Shown here: positions 38,601 through 51,990 of the stretch, piece by piece
How positions within the stretch are numbered: position 1 is the stretch's first letter
How the letters are laid out: each line of letters opens with the position of its first letter
NCBI GenBank assembly: GCA_964276515.1
Contig: OZ193910.1
Span: 8,742,001 to 8,806,000, forward strand
Direction: 5' to 3'
From: Gordius albopunctatus
Taxonomy: Eukaryota
DNA length: 64,000 nucleotides
Program-made: the position numbers and the translations under genes
Notes under the pieces: generated by a model
What the model saw: the letters and a program-made list of their open reading frames with translations, nothing else
What the model was told of the DNA's origin: nothing
Databases searched by the model: none

Positions 38601-41600
38601 CATTGTAAATTTAACAAAAGCCGGTATAGTAGGCACCAAAAAATAAATACACTGCTTCAAGCTGCCCTCAAAAGGGCAAAAGTTCCCTCCATCCTTGAAC
38701 CGTCAGATCCCTCTCTGTACGGGTGGACGCATGGGACAAAGGCTTTTTTAAAAGGGACTACACTTGTATTGACTTGTTTCCACTTTCCAACGATATTTAC
38801 GACCCCCTAGGATCGGCAGAGCATCGTAAACCCGTAAAATATTCAGATTCATGAGAAACCTGTATTTTTATTCCTACCATTTCGTCGTGCTCATTGACGT
38901 TTGGGAACCCCAATAATTTTGACCGTATACCGTAACATTTTTTTTATACTTTTAAATATCTATTTCGAGAAAACTTCAGCCTTGTATGTATGACGTCATT
39001 ATTGCATATGCTGCTATAAATTAAACTGGCCGGGAAATGTGCGATATTTTTAAAACTAAAAGGAATTTTAGGATTCTGAAAAAGCTATTTTACCCCTGGC
39101 TGTCCTGGGCATCTACGGCTAAATTTTCGCGCGAATCGGGCCGGTATTTTTAGAATTAAGCTATTTTTTAAAACTAAAAGGCCCATATTTTTAAAACCAA
39201 AAGGAATTTTAGGATTCTGAAAAAGCTATTTTACCCCTGGCCGCCCTGGGCATCTACGGTTAAATTTTCGCGCGAATCGAGCCGGTAGTTTCAGAATTTA
39301 GCCCTTACATACATACATAGACTTTACTTTATATATATAGATATGGTATTTTTGCGTATCAAATCGACAGTAAGCTTTAATGGGTTAATAATCCATTGTC
39401 TTCATAAAAATGATGTATTGGATAACTATGGACCTGAAACGCGAATCACCTTGGGGCGCTCATTGCGGATGATAGAGTGATGATCAAAACCTAGGTTTTG
39501 ATCAGGCAACCTGATGGTTCAGGTTCGGGTGTTCGAAAACCTGGTAAGGTTTTTCAACGCCCGAAAGGTTTTCAAACACCCGAACCTGAACCCTCAGGTT
39601 GGACCTCGGGAAAAACTGACCTAGGTTTTGATCATGACTAGTGATGTGCACAGGGTTAAACGTAGAATTAATAACGCAGATAAATGTGTGGATGGGTTTA
39701 ATTAACAGTAATAACTTTAGTCAACCTGGATAAAACTTTATACGTATCCTTGAAGTCGAGAAATGAACACAAAGTAATTCATCAGCAAATCGACGACTGG
39801 TGTTTATGCAGTAAAAAGGAATTCAAAAAATTTTGTGGATCAAATTTGTAGAAAAAAATATTGCAATCATCAACTTAAGTACATGTCCCAAATTGCCATA
39901 AATTTCATCCGTTATTTTGGTCAGTGTGACCTTCATCGGCTGGCGAATAAATCACAATACAGATTTTAAATGATTTCATTTTTAGTATAATAAAAATACA
40001 AATTCCAGAAAAGAATAATATCGTTATCAGAGGTACAAGCTAAAATAAGCATTTTCAGGGACTATAAAAAACCGTCCATACATAAATATTAGGGAACGTT
40101 TAGATAAAAAGTTGCAGCACTAATGATCTAATAACAAATAAGTTTCTTCTGAAATCCGTTATATCATTGTCGCGATCGCTTCTATATCCGCCTCTCCTGG
40201 CATCAGTATTACACTCTCCCCTCCATTTACTATAATACTGACTAGAGATCTGCATGGCCCGGCCCGCGGATGGGCCTGGACGGGCTTCTGTTTAAAAATA
40301 AAACAACGGGCCGGGTCTGGACGGGCCGTAATATAACTTAACGAGCTCAAGCCGGGCCTAGATAAACATAAGGCCCGTTAAAAGTCCGTGACAAAAATAA
40401 TTAGATATAGCATAAAGGAAGGTGTTTTTATAATGTTCTAATTTATAATTATTTTATGTTTTGAGCCAAGAAATATAGAAATGTCGTAATTATAGGCTTT
40501 TAATTGCTATGCAATTTATGGGCTCGTTTTTGGTTGTCCGTCGTCCGTCCGTCCGTCGTCCACCAAGTTATTTACACCAGCTTCCCGACCTGGAGGTTGC
40601 GGGTTCGAGACCCGGAGAGGACAAATTTTTTTTTTATTTTTTTTTTAAATTAAATTAATATTTTGTTCTTGTTAATACCATTGATAATATGACTTTTTGA
40701 CCGTCCGCAGGCTACTGACCAATGAAAAAATGACCACTGGCCAGATAAATCGAAATTTTTAATTTTTCGTTTTTGAATAGGTAAACATGATAATTACCCT
40801 ATGCCCTCCCCTACAAGGGCCTATGGCTCTATTTATATGGTTCCCTGTTCCCCTCCAAAGGCTTATGCCTCTATTTAATGTGGGTTCGAATCCCGGAGAG
40901 GGCAAAATTTTTATTTTTTTAATTAATTTAATATTTTGTTCTTGTTAATACCATTGATAATATGACTTTTTGACCGTCCGCTGGCTACTGACCAATGAAA
41001 AAATGAACATTGGCAAAATAAATCCTAATTTTTCGTTTTTCCTTTTTGAATAGGTTAACATTGATAATTGAAAAAAATTACCATTGGCCAAATAAATCGA
41101 AATTTTTTGTTCGTTTTTGAATAGGTTAACATTGATAATTACCATATACTTTTTAATAATTGCTATGCAATTTATCTAGTTTTTGGGTTAGAATCCCGGA
41201 GTTTTTTTTGACTCTTATGATTGTTCTTGTTACTATCATTGATAATAAGACTTTTTGACCGTCCGCTGGCTGCTGACCAATGAAAAAAATGACCATTGGC
41301 CAAAATGTGTATCCGAGTTTATTTTTTCGTTTTTTTTGACTATTATGATTGTTCCTGTTCCTACCATTTCTATTATGACTTTTTGGCCGTCCGCTGGCTC
41401 CTGACCGATGGAAAAAAATGACCATTGGCCAAAATGTGATTCGAAATTTTTTTTTTGTTTTTTTTGACTATTATGAATTTATATCCACTTTTACCGTGTC
41501 CTGGCTGCTGACCAATGGAAAAAAATGACCATTGGCCAAAATGTGAATCGAAATTATTTTTTCCGTTTTTTTTGACTATTATGATATTTCCTGTTCCTAC

Positions 41601-44600
41601 CATTGCTATTATGACTTTTTGGCCGTCCGCTGGCTGCTGACCAATGGAATAAAATGACCATTGGCCAAAATGTGATTCGAAAATTTTTTTTTCGTTTTTT
41701 TTTACTCTTATGAATTTATATCCACTTTTACCGTGTGCTGGCTGCTGACCAATGGGAAAAAATGACCATTGGCCAAAGTGAGCATCAAAATTTTTTTTCC
41801 GTTTTTTTGGCTATCATTGACTTATAGAGTATCTGTTGGTACTGACCAATGCAGAAGAAATGACCATTGGCCAAATTTTTGATTTTTTTAATTAAAAATT
41901 GTTCAAATTCAACAAAAAATTTCTCCCAACAATTCTGCAAATTCTTAACATTGTGGTGTTTTATAATATAATGTTTGTTAGACCCATTATCACTATTTAA
42001 TATATCTTAAATTGGTTTACCCCCCCCTTCCCCCATCCAAAGAATTTGCTCTTTTTAATAATAGAATAAATATATTTTAATTTTAAATGTGAAAAATTTT
42101 TTCGAAATTCTACATTTGAATAGATGATGAAACCAATAATATAACTTCCACATTAATCAAGATTGTTCATTTCAATAATTAATATAAATCCTCAAGTAAT
42201 GTGACTTGATGATCACCGCTTTATTATAGTTTTATTTAAATGCCTCCTTCTTTCTAATATCAGTGTATTATGGATTATTAATACATACGGATTTTGTTAT
42301 TATGCTATATTTTAAAAGTTTGTATAACCCTGCAAATTCAATAATCACAAAATCCTCGCTAAATATAGAAACTTGTGACCTCCCACTTTCCCGTTCAAAG
42401 AAAAATTGCTAGCAAATAAGGCAATTATTTGATAAATTCAAAATCTCTCAAGGTGTGACTGATGGTTTTAGTGGTTAGTTGATATTTTTATAAATATATA
42501 GCCATAATTTCATATTTTGATTAAAGGTTAAACTAAATTCTAAACATTCACCGTCAAATTTAATATGAAGGAAAGTGGATGAAATTTTTTTAATCGTATG
42601 TGAAACGTGCGTCCATGCAACAGAGTTCGTGTTAATCAGCTGGATTACAGTATAAAGACATTACGTGTACACTAAATTGTTTAATACCAGGTCATGGGTA
42701 AGGGTGGGCTAAATGTACTACTTGATTAAGAAAAAGCAAAAGGCCTAAAATTGCAAGTTTTCATTTAAAACTAAAATTTATTTTTATATCTGATATGCTT
42801 AACACATGGTTGTTAAAGCCATAGGAACAATTTAAATATGATTTTATATATTTTAACGCTTTTAGGGTGGCGGGGGCCCATCTTCAAGGACAAAATAAAA
42901 GGTTGAGATTCAAACATGGGCTTTTTATTTTTTCCTCGAAATAGACCCCCTGTGGTCCGTTATATCGAATTCCTTTTCCTCAAACTAGTTTCATCATCCA
43001 CCCATTCGTAATAACTAATCATATAAATTCTGCAATGTTAACTCTTTTAGGCCAATCTTACATTAATTATAATAATATGCGTTTATAATTCCGTAAAAAT
43101 TTATAGTGCAATTGTTAAAGCTTAGAGAATATCAATACGCTTTAATAACATATATATGATTATCACATACTTTTATAAATCTCCTTAAACTCTACTACTT
43201 CGTATTTTAAACAGACAAGTTGATTAAGGCATAGCCAATGTAAAACAAATTTAAAAGATTATGAATTTTGCTCAAACCAATATATACAAAATAATTGCTG
43301 CTTATGTATTAAATCGGCATTATATAAAACTGAATGAAATCGCTAAATTATTTACCAATAGCTCTGAATGTAGCTGTGTGATATCTGAGGTTGGAATATG
43401 TTTCTGGATAATGACATTTACAGCATTTTCAACAATATCAATCGATTGGAGCATACATATTAATTCGGACCTTAGATCTATGAAAGCCAATATATATATA
43501 TATAGTTTAAATTAATACTAAGGCATGCTTTAGAATCTATCTCATGACATACATTAATTTACGTAAACCCCCGCTAACTTATATTTATTATCAATACTAT
43601 AAGTGGTATCAAGCTGGTCACTGGGCTAAACACCATTAAACATGTAAAACGAGGAAAGGCGCCAACCCTTTTAATTTTCAATATTAATTAGATGTGGGCT
43701 CCTCAAAATACCCGAATTTGCATGTCGCCATTCGGATGCGCTTATCATAAGTCCATATTAAATGTAGGGCAAAATTGAATTTAGCCAGTCAATGAAGTCT
43801 TTAATGGAAACTTGATATATTAATTTAAAACACACTTAAAACAAGAAAGCAAACAAATATATAATTAACGATTACAATTGTGTTACCGTTGAATCGGGCT
43901 AGAGTACTTTTGGGGCCATCGTTGATAAGTAAATGCCATTTTTCCTTGAGCAAATCTAACTTGGACCCAATTTCATTTTCGAGTTCAGGGTATCTTTGAC
44001 AAATAGCGTTACCATTTTCACAAATTAAATGAATTTTGTTTTTCAAGCAATACAAAAACTCAGGCTGCGACTGATACATTTTAAAAGTTAGAGTAAACTT
44101 TTTTAGTATTACTTGCTGATTTTCTACCTTTTTTAGGCATATTACAATAAGATCCAGTGTAGTTTCATACATATCCAACCACTTGTTATAGGAAAAAGAA
44201 TTAACGGACTCCAAATCGTCTTTCAAAAATCCTCTGGCTTCCTAAATAAAAACACACATTTTTATTCAAAATCTAATTAAAACAGGCATAAACATTTATC
44301 GAACTATTGAATTGATACAAGACATGATAACAAACTCAAGGTTACTTAGTGCAAGTTTATATTTAATAATATATGTAATAATTGATAAATATTTCTGATG
44401 AATTAAAGTCAATAACTTAATCACATAAAATAAAGATGTGTATCTATATATTAAAAAGATGTTAAATATGCTAAATCTATATTCAAATTTACAATTATCA
44501 CACGAAAAATTTTATATGCGCTTATTATGGTAATTTTTGTTGCCGCGTAATAAATCGCGGTCCAACATGGTGCAATATTTTGAAATGACATAAATTTATA

Positions 44601-45261
44601 TATTTGTAAAAAAGGCTTTGGGGTATATTAATTCGATCGGCTTAAAATATAATTAATGGAATATATTATTATACCATGCATTGATCCATTAATTCATGCC
44701 CCATTAAAAAGTGATAATTGGGCTTGAGTGTTTCCCATAGCGTTTCAGAGGACTGTTCCATGGGCTGTTGAATTAATTTATTTGACGCTTGCGAGAGTGG
44801 TAAAGGCTTTTTAGACTTGCACCTATGTTTTGATTTTATTTTAAGTTTAGCATCCATTAAATTATTGTTTGAACCGTAGCTACTAGAATCGGATGTTGAA
44901 AGGGGTATATCGTATTTATTTTGTATCTCTTGAAATAGGTTTGTAATAGACGGGTTTGGTGATTCTATTCCAATCGTTAAATTGGTATAATCATCTTCAG
45001 AAAAATCATTTAAACAATTAGCAGTTTTAGCTCCGTCATCTGATGGGCAATATGTTGGACAGTACATTGAAGATTTTAAATTGGGAAAAGATGCGTCTTT
45101 TTCTGCCTCAAAAATAAATGGTTTTCTACTTTTAGTTAGAGGCCATGTGTTGTTAAGGAATTGATAAACTTCCGCTCCACATTTTTCGGGGGGATTCTTG
45201 CGAAAAGCTATTATCCGAAAAGTTGAATTTATTGATTGTTGATCCAGTTTTAAGCATTCAA
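26624..45261 (-). CDS. Klarsicht/nesprin-like outer nuclear membrane KASH protein, 5'-partial. Exons 45261-44675, 44241-43887, 43477-43356, 32826-32434, 31897-30424, 30378-30290, 29423-29232, 28138-27848, 27812-27718, 27668-27617, 27572-27520, 26801-26624
   Basis: The last exon encodes a TM helix plus KASH tail CCENRNNYKSSLFFFLNYPHGSPPK*. Klarsicht/AKAP6-like blocks SETLW..NYHFLMGHELMDQCM|EA, LLESRWNKIRLFSLE and SEFMWDPYQ, plus spectrin-like helices (LDLLKEKWHLL, DHWRQL). All 11 junctions are GT..AG and phase-consistent. Confidence 0.85.
34127..34570 (+). mobile_element. 5' fragment of a diverged RTE copy with tRNA-like head
   Basis: 34370-34565 aligns to 18765-18960 (start of APE). 34127-34229 aligns to the tRNA-like head plus ttaaaaatatctcacat of the 18.5 kb copy. 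Confidence 0.75.
34950..36671. mobile_element. hAT-type element with nested related elements
   Basis: TIR tagagatctgca / tgcagatctcta; perfect TSD atctactc. Additional termini at 35335, 35612-35696 (flanks ggcgacct/ggtgactt) and 36350. 36170-36350 is the reverse complement of 40243-40459. Confidence 0.85.
37279..38285 (+). mobile_element. DINE-1/HINE-like element with internal tandem repeats (3' end lost)
   Basis: Start ttaattgctatgaaatttatgggctcg, then gtccgtccg, ggttcgaatcccgga, and repeated gaccaatg..aaaatgaccattggccaaa units. The distal part matches the reverse complement of 25110-25290. Confidence 0.75.
38400..38900 (+). mobile_element. Fragment of a non-LTR retrotransposon with restriction-like endonuclease (CRE-like C-terminus)
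   Basis: PCRLCNSLVDEEARHTLHC..SRYSRH.KIN.LLQAALKRAKVPSILEP matches the CCHC / RH..N / LEP region that precedes the PD endonuclease motif. Confidence 0.7.
38980..39341 (-). mobile_element. Non-autonomous Helitron 5' part with ~140-bp internal duplication
   Basis: Minus strand A|TCTATATATATAAAAG, (TATG)n, aaactaccggctcgatt..aaattt; units at ~39046 and ~39186. Confidence 0.6.
39430..39830 (+). mobile_element. Decayed RTE RT fragment interrupted at the ADD motif by a palindromic 166-bp insertion (39475-39640)
   Basis: Flanks align with 20750-20985. The insert has arms agtgatgatcaaaacctaggt / acctaggttttgatcatgact and ggttcaggttcgggtgtt / aacacccgaacctgaacc. Confidence 0.75.
40243..40459. mobile_element. 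Truncated hAT-type MITE end
   Basis: Terminus tagagatctgcatggccc; inverted near-identical copy at 36170-36350. Confidence 0.7.
40500..41880 (+). mobile_element. DINE-1/HINE-like element with expanded central tandem array
   Basis: Start ttaattgctatgcaatttatgggctcg, (GTCC)n microsatellite at ~40536-40561, B-box-like motifs at ~40602 and 40883, and eight gaccaatg..cattggccaa units. Confidence 0.78.
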
Positions 45262-48200
45262 CTATTGTGAAACAATTTAATAAAAATTTTAATCGTAATA
45301 CATTGAATCAAGAAATAGATAGATAAAAATAAGCCCGTTGTGATCTCATTTTATAATGGAAGAATTTTAAAACAAATAATTCTAAAGATTGTATCGATAT
45401 ATTTTTTCTAATATTTAATCAAAGGATAATTTGTTGGTTAAGAATAGCAAAAGTTGACAAAAAAGTTCAAGCAATTTTCCCTATTTAAAAGCAAACTAAT
45501 TTTGTGGTCAAACTTCTTGGAGGCATGAAATTAATCAGATAACCTAAAAATATATATATTGAATACCTAAACTACTATATATACACGAATAGGAAAAAAA
45601 CAATCGAAAAACTGTTTCGGATTTCTTGTTACCCTATAATTTATATTCAATGCAGATTCAAAGGGTAGATATATGCCAGAATTCTGAGGCAAAATACAAT
45701 TGTGAAACGCAAATAAGGGAGGGATCAATTTATTAATTTCAGACAAAATGTTTATCATTATCAGTCAATGCAGGACTAAAGCAATAAAAATATATTAAAC
45801 ACCGCTAATTGGGTTGTAGTAGCCTTAATATAAGAAATAATTTGGATGATATTAATACACAAAATATTCAAGTTGAACGAACACCACCACATTGGTGCGT
45901 TTATAATATAAAACTGCTCGTTATAACAGAGGACACTCAAATATAAGTAATAACTTTGGGAAAGATTCAATTAAATACAAAGGGGCCATACCAAGTATTC
46001 ATATTTTTAGCTATACCCGGACCAAATTATAAAGCAGCCTCGCGTCGCAGTCATGCCTAAAATTAGGGGCGCCCAAATACTTATTTTTATATCAAATTTG
46101 AGAATAAGGTATATGGCGACCAATTTCATTTAAAATTTCGAAGCTTAGGCGTAACGGCACAACACATAAAATATATTCTCGATTCGTGATATAATTTAAA
46201 GTAATACAACACGACAAAATTTGGCAAACCTCAAATCAGGCGAGGACTTGCAAGAGAAGTGAGTATAAGTTGATCATTAAATAATTGTTTTTATGTCGAG
46301 TTATATTGTCCAAATAATAATCAAATTGCGAAAAAAGGTAAACCTTATGTTCTAGACCGAATTCTAGGTGACAATTCTTTCAAAATATCTTTTTTCAGAC
46401 ACGGTAAATTTAAAAAATTTCAACTCTACAAGATTCTAATTTGATTTAGGTTTAAGATGGTGCAGCATCAAGCTTGACTTGACTCCAAGCTTTTCAAAGT
46501 TATTATTGTTCTTAATCTTAAGTCAGTCTCACATTTGTGAATGGGGGCGAGGTGAAGTTTACCAAGTTATGTAATAAGGCAGAAAAAAACACATCATACC
46601 GTTTCAACTATAGAAGTTATTTTGCCTATACACATGGTCAAGTTTAACATTTGCCCTGAACTTTACTCCACATGGTTTTAATAAATTTTTCATAACTGCT
46701 CTTGACCCCATGCAATAAAATGTGGCATTACTGATAACAATTTCTCCAACCTAAATGACTCACAATTCTCAGTACTTAAATTATAAAATTTAGTCCACAT
46801 AATTTTAAAACTGGAACTTAATGTTTTTGTTTAATTATAAACAGGTAACAATAACACAGATTTGACTTGGGTTAATGATTTTAATTGCTATGCAATTTGT
46901 GGGTTTCTATTAACCTTCTGGGCAATTAATTATTAATATTGAATATTAGAGGATTGATTGCTAATAAAGTGATTTGTTAAATTATTGCATTTAAGCAACT
47001 GAATGTTTAAACAATCCCATATAGTTATTTTAAAAATTTAGGGACAAGAAAGCCTTGTTATTTGATTAATATTAGAGATCATATTTTTATAATCAAAAAC
47101 ATATTTAGGCATTAGGTGATAAGAAAATAGCAATATATGTAAATTACTCAATTTTCTAAGAAACTCTTCGTAAGAACTTGTATTAATAATTTGTTACCTA
47201 GCTATAATTAAATACTCTATTGTAGCATTAAACTATCATTTTTTTACAAATAGCATAATTTAATTAATTTACAAATTGGAAAATCAAGATCTTTAATTAT
47301 TGTGAATGATAGTTAAAGGTAGCTTAAATTCTTCATATATGCAAAAATATTCAAATTTAATATATTTCAAGGTAAATATTATACCAAGAAAAATTAAATA
47401 TTGTATCTAAAAGATATAAAGACAGTTTTAGATTTATTATTAAAAATTTTAATTTTACCATTTAATTAATCAAAATTAAAATAAATTATTTTGAGCAATT
47501 CATGCTTTATCTTTTGCTATCTTCTATAAAAAATTAATATAACAGAACTGCTCAAAACCATTGTTATTTGAAATAGGAAGACATTTTATGATTGATTCTA
47601 GACTACTTTTAGATAATTCTGTATTGAGTTAGTTTTAAGAGCATCAAGTTAAAGCTAATTTCTTAAATATCAAACTATAATTAGTACATTAACTATATGG
47701 AATTTATATATCTACTTATAAATCAAGGTGAAATAGCAGCATCTAAGATAAATTTATTACTAATTTAAAGGTAACTGACATATATTGAGAACTAATAAAA
47801 ACATTTTCTTAAAATAAATATGTTATGTATTTCAATTATATTATGAAGCAAAAATATACAATTACTTAGGGAATTGGAGCAAGTGAAGATGAATATAAAT
47901 TAACAAAAAAATAAAAGATAACACGCGCTAAGGATCTTTTCGTCTGCGTAGCGTATAATCAACCAGTCTAAAAACCTATGATAATTTTAAATAGCATTTT
48001 TTGCAATAATTTACTTATTTAATTCATTTCTATAAGCTTATTATTGACTCATTAATTTTTTATGCGATGTAATGTCATATCTTCAGAGATAAAATATGTT
48101 TACAATTTTCGTTTTTGTATTGAGTATATGGAGGTGCTACTATGCGTTTGACGTCATAAAATGTGACGTGTATAATTTATTAGCCAAGCTTTTGAAACTC

Positions 48201-48362
48201 AAATAAATTAAATAATTTGATATTTTATGAGTAATCAGATTTGTATTAAAAGGTTTGATAACTCGACATAATTCTATAGTAGCTAAAATCTTTAGCAGAC
48301 GACCTTCACATTATGCTTCATCTTTATCAGTTATTTGGTCACACAGTCGTGGGGTTTGTAGC

Positions 48363-48666
48363 CATAGACTAATAAAACCATAGACTGCCAAACAGCTGAT
48401 AATTTTTTAGCTTGTATAGCAAGCGCCATTTTGTGGGAAATTGTAATCAAACAATAGATTTCAGCATAATTTATTGTTTTAATTTGCTTTTTTCTAAAAT
48501 TATAAATTAAGCTATTAGTCTTATTTATTTTCTCCGATATTATATCTTGGAGAAGTATAAATATACCTGTTGAGTTATTCCAACAAGATGGCTGCTATTA
48601 TTGTGTCTTAATGATTTTAATAGTAAAAATCAGCTGATCAGCAGTCTATGGTTTTATTAGTCTATG
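48363..48666. mobile_element. P-element-family MITE (304 bp)
   Basis: Perfect 26-bp TIR catagactaataaaaccatagactgc; perfect 8-bp TSD tttgtagc; terminal 12 bp shared with the left TIR of the 14459-16288 element. Confidence 0.92.
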
Positions 48667-48668
48667 TT

Positions 48669-49712
48669 TGTAGCTGCCTTCGTCCCTATAAATATTAATA
48701 TAATATTATATTAAGAAAGGGATTAAGTAAAGGCAAACAACACATTTTATTTAGTTAAAAAATGGAATGAATTATTGCTAAGAGTTCGTCTTTATATACA
48801 TTTAAAAAAATTAATAATATGAATAAATTATATGTATTCAAATGAGGAGCGTGAATAGAGCCCGTGAATAGAGCGATATCAGGATATTAATAAGTGACCC
48901 TATAATATTTAAATAAGGAACTGAATATAAGGGTACCATACAATCCATTCCCTATTTGCAAGGAGTGCTAAAAGTAGATATATTCGGTTAATTTTGCTGG
49001 CCAGTGGACTTTTTGTCCAGATTTTGTGGTTATATGGCTTGACGTAGTATTGGTTGAGGTGGTTGTAGTTGTAAAGGTGGAAGGTTGAGGTATAATGGTT
49101 GGGCCCTTTGTGAGTGGTTGTTCTTTTGTGAGTGGTTTTGGAGGGTTGACTGATTTGATATATGTTGGTTTTAGAAGATCAATAGATATTTTGTCTTGTT
49201 TCCCGTTTCTGTCTACCACAAAATATTTAGCTTGTCTGTCAATTACTTTGAAGGGACCTTCATCCTGATAAAAATGTAAGGGGTTGAAAACTAATCGGCA
49301 GGGATTTGTTGTTTGATGTCTGGCGGACGTTGTCGTGTAAAACATAGGCTATCGAAGTGGTGTCGAAGGCGTTGTATAAAGTCGGTAGCATTGCTGTCGA
49401 GTGACGAGCGTTGTATGAAATTCCCGGGGAGACGTAAGGTAGTACCATATAGTAGTTCGGAACTAGAGCATGCTAGATCTTCATTGATTGTGGTTCTAAT
49501 GCCCAGAAGTATCAAAAGAAGTAGTTCGGACCATTTTTTAATGTTGTCTTTTGTCATGATCGAATTCTTTAGCTGACGGGGAAAACGTTCGACCAGCCCG
49601 TTGGCTTGTGGATGATAGGCGGTTATGGCTATATGATGATAACCTAGATATTGAGAAAATTAATGGAAGAGCGTCGACTGGAACTGGGATCCTCTATCTG
49701 TTGTTATAGTGG
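48669..49712 (-). mobile_element. Ty3/Gypsy 3' fragment: integrase C-terminal half, PPT and 3' LTR (48942-48669)
   Basis: ITTDRGSQF..TAYHPQANGLVERF..LLGIRTT..ELLYGTTLRLPG..GPFKVI. A purine-rich tract is followed by TGTATGG...AATAAA...GCAGCTACA. Confidence 0.85.
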
Positions 49713-51990
49713 TATGGCGATCATTAACATCTATTTTCAGAAACCCGAAGATTATAATGTGACCTATAGAAGTGGGAAGCATTTTAGTCAAATTGATTAT
49801 TTGCTTATACGACGAAAAGACATATGGAGTATCAAGGATTGCAAAGTAATACCGGGAGAAGAAATCGCCAGGCAACATTGTCCTCTTGTTATGGATCTTG
49901 ACAGAAGAGTATTTCCCGAAAGAAGAAAGGTCTTTGAACCTCGAATTCGATACGAAGAGCTAAAAGATACGTCGACGAACGAAGAATACTATCAAAAAGC
50001 CTCCTCACTCTTGGGTGCAAGAAAGTTGCAAAGGGACGTAGACGACGATTGGGAGACGCTATCTAAGGACATTAAGGAAACAGCGATCCTTATTCTAGGA
50101 CAGACCAAAGGAGTCAAAGCTATGAATAGCGAACTATTGTGGTGGTATCAATCGGTTAAACATTTCATCGAAAGAAAGAAAAATTTATATAGACGGTGGC
50201 ATATATAAAGAAAGTCGGAGGATTATCAAAAGTACAGGGCCGTAAAAAAGCCCGCTGCAAAAGCGAAGAAGGCCGCGTACATCGAGATGGCAAACAAACT
50301 GGATCATAAAGGGGGCGATAGGCTTATGTACAAATTGGCTAAGATAAGGGAGAAAATCTTAAAATAGTCAAAAACGAGAATGGTGAAACCTTATTCAAAC
50401 CGAAATAAGTGATGGAAAGGTGGAAATGATATTTTAAGAAACTTATGAATATTGCAAATGACAAGGATTCTCTCCCCCAAAATAACCCAAATATAAGTAT
50501 AGTCGAACTCTTTCAGGAGGATGAAGTTAGACACAAATGAACAAGATGCAAAAAGGAAAAGCAAATTGCCCAGATGGAATACCTATGGAAGCATTGCTCG
50601 GATGTCGTGAAGAAGGAGTCACCACCATGACGAACCTCCTTAACAAGATATTGGTAGAAGAGCGAATCCCTAATCAATGGAGAGCAAGCACGATTATACG
50701 CTTATTTAAAGGCAAAGGATACCCTCATGAATGTGGCAATTACAGAGGTATTTAGCTAACTTGCCACTCCTTGGAGCTTATGGAAAGGATCTTAGTAACA
50801 ACGCTGAAAAACGAGGTGGATATATCGGCTAATAAATTCGGATTTGTGGCCGGAAAATCCACAATCGACCTAATCTTTTCACTAATACAAATAATGGATA
50901 AGTATGGTGAAAAGAGGAAAGACCTACAGATGGTTTTTATCGACTTCGAGAAAGCTTATGACACGGTCCACCGCGATTTAATATGGTGGTGTCTGAGGAA
51001 ACAAAATATCCCTGACGCATATATACGGCTTATAAAAAATATTTATGAAGTCTAAAACTCTGGCGTTAGGACGACAGTTGGAGACTCTAAACCTTTTCGG
51101 GTTAATATTGGATTACATCAAGGCTCTGCTTTAAGTCCCTTTTTATTTAATATAATTATAGATACGATAACGAGTGACATTCAAAAGCTATCGCCATGGT
51201 GTATGATATATGCCGATGATATAGTACTATGCGAGGAAACAAGGGAGAAAGTATTCGAAGAAGCCGAAAAGTGATCAAAGCGCTTGGCTGGATATGGTTT
51301 AAAGTTCAACGATCGAAAAACGGTATACATGGAAATGAATGGTAAAAGCACCCCATCGCTTCATTACCATTTAAAGTACCCAAAAGTAGACAGGTTTACT
51401 TACCTCGGCTCGATGCTACATCAAAAGGGAGGTTGCGCAACGGATGTCAATGCCCGGATCCAAAAAGAATGGCTTAAATGGCGAAGTATATCAGGTGTAA
51501 TATGCGACAAGAAAATGCCAATAGGGTTGAATAGCAAAGCTTACAAATCCATCGTAAGACCGGTGTTACTCTATGGAAGTGAAACATGGGCATTAAACAC
51601 CACGGAAGGAAAGCTATTACAAGCCACAGAGATGAGAATTATACGGGGGAGCTTGGGGTATACTAAGCTAGACCATATGACGAATGACTTTCTCATGATG
51701 AAAATGGGTATTCAACCTATGGCGGACATGATTAACAAAAATCGGCTAATATGGTATGGGCATATTTTAAGAAGGGACACGGATGATGTAAATTGAAAAG
51801 TACTGGATATGGAGGTACCGGGGAAGAGAGGAAGAGGACGACCCCGTGTCACGTGGAAAGGGCAAGTCGATAAAGTTATGGAAACTAAAGAGATTAGTCA
51901 AGACATGGCACTCACCTGTTCAAGATGGAAGAAACTTATGAAAACAAACCCCATCAATGTGGGACAAAATAACTGATAAAAAAGAAGAAG
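49710..51990 (+). mobile_element. 5'-truncated RTE LINE, second subfamily, decayed
   Basis: [55 protein letters not shown]; multiple stops and frameshifts; (GAA)n/A tail. Confidence 0.92.
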
